DNA of 58,360 bases. Source: Dysgonamonadaceae bacterium. Its GTDB lineage: Bacteria > Bacteroidota > Bacteroidia > Bacteroidales > Azobacteroidaceae. Positions 57,583 to 58,360 of the stretch are shown here, in pieces (positions within the stretch are counted from its first letter, which is position 1; every line of letters starts with the position of its first letter). The stretch is from the NCBI GenBank assembly GCA_031270075.1, contig JAISYG010000025.1, positions 1-58,360 on the forward strand, in the 5' to 3' direction. The notes beneath the pieces were generated by a model. The model was not told the origin of the DNA. It made no database searches and worked only from the letters and a program-made list of their open reading frames with translations. The translations under genes were made by a program, and so were the position numbers.

Positions 57583-57818
57583 CCTGAAAGACAAAACCTT
57601 CATAACCGCAGGTCATCGACCTGCGGTACTGCGACACAAGCACAACACACCAACCTCTGCCTGCAAGGCAAGACTTTCATAACCGCAGGTCATCGACCTG
57701 CGGTACTGCGACACAAGCACAACACACCAACCACTGCCTAAAAGGCAGGACTTTCATAACCGCAGGTCGTTGACCTGCGGTACTGCGGCACAAGCACAAC
57801 ACACCAACCTCCACCTGA
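57583..57818. repeat. 77-bp tandem repeat x3 with internal hairpins (REP/REPIN-like)
   Basis: CATAACCGCAGGTC..GACCTGCGGT units start at 57601, 57678, 57755. Confidence 0.92.
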
Positions 57819-57886
57819 ATTGAAAATCGGCGAAGCCAAGGGCAGAACCAAAAAACTAATAACAAGAATTATACGAAGTTACGATA

Positions 57887-58360
57887 TCACCCTGTTTTTT
57901 GCAACCGGTCAATAAGCTCTTTTCTGACTAAATCATAAGCTTCTACCGGATTGTATGAACTTCCCGGTCTTATCAGGTTTCGCGTATCTTCTAAAAAAAT
58001 CGGGTCATTCATTTTTTCTTCCATATTTAGCACAAATTGCTTATGGGTAGGCGATTGAGAAACAACAAATGCCATATACCGCCTGTAACAACGGATTATT
58101 TCATCCGGGTTTACCTCTGCCCGGATGAATGCTTCGTATAAATCGAACAAATCGCGGCCCTTTTTTCGTTGATACAAGGCTCGCAGTTTAGTCCCCAATA
58201 ATTCATTTAACGGATATGTGGTTACATCACATTTCCCTGTGAACCAACTGTTTTCAACAGAAAAAGGCACTTTTACGTATCCTAATTCCGTAAAATGTTC
58301 ATAACAATTGATTTCAATTTTCAAACGAATTTGTACGGTAGGAGGAATTTCCGAATTCAT
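57887..58360 (-). CDS. AbiEii/AbiGii-family nucleotidyltransferase toxin (type IV TA), 5' part probably outside the window
   Basis: LKIEIN, YPLNELLGTKLRALYQRKKGRDLFDL motif. Confidence 0.85.
   Translation of the reverse strand: MNSEIPPTVQIRLKIEINCYEHFTELGYVKVPFSVENSWFTGKCDVTTYPLNELLGTKLRALYQRKKGRDLFDLYEAFIRAEVNPDEIIRCYRRYMAFVVSQSPTHKQFVLNMEEKMNDPIFLEDTRNLIRPGSSYNPVEAYDLVRKELIDRLQKTG

Noticed and set aside
57583-57818. CRISPR array
   Set aside because: Whole units are nearly identical with no unique spacers, and no cas genes are present

Overview
Bacteroidales-type genomic window (TAnnTTTG promoters, SusC/SusD pairs, type IX secretion C-terminal domains). Bases ~440-51,930 hold a ~51-kb locus, co-oriented on the minus strand except for murQ, that reads as a peptidoglycan (bacterial cell wall) utilisation locus. 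It has two SusC/SusD pairs with lipoproteins and nine large proteins with T9SS-like tails: three Amidase_3 amidases, two DigH/YddW-like GHL10 hydrolases, a NAGPA-type phosphodiester glycosidase and three proteins with no recognisable catalytic motif. It also encodes NamZ, a Na+/solute symporter, an AmpG-like permease, a GT2 and a divergent murQ. Each amidase gene lies directly behind a small signal-peptide TolB-like beta-propeller gene, a candidate periplasmic inhibitor or chaperone. One GHL10 gene is frameshifted at a C11 tract between its catalytic domain and its secretion tail. The right end holds lipA, a DPP-IV peptidase, a short ORF6N gene, DUF2851 with a duplicated 3' end (integration scar), a 77-bp x3 REP-like array and a partial AbiEii-type toxin. 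All family calls come from motif recognition by eye; no database searches were run.
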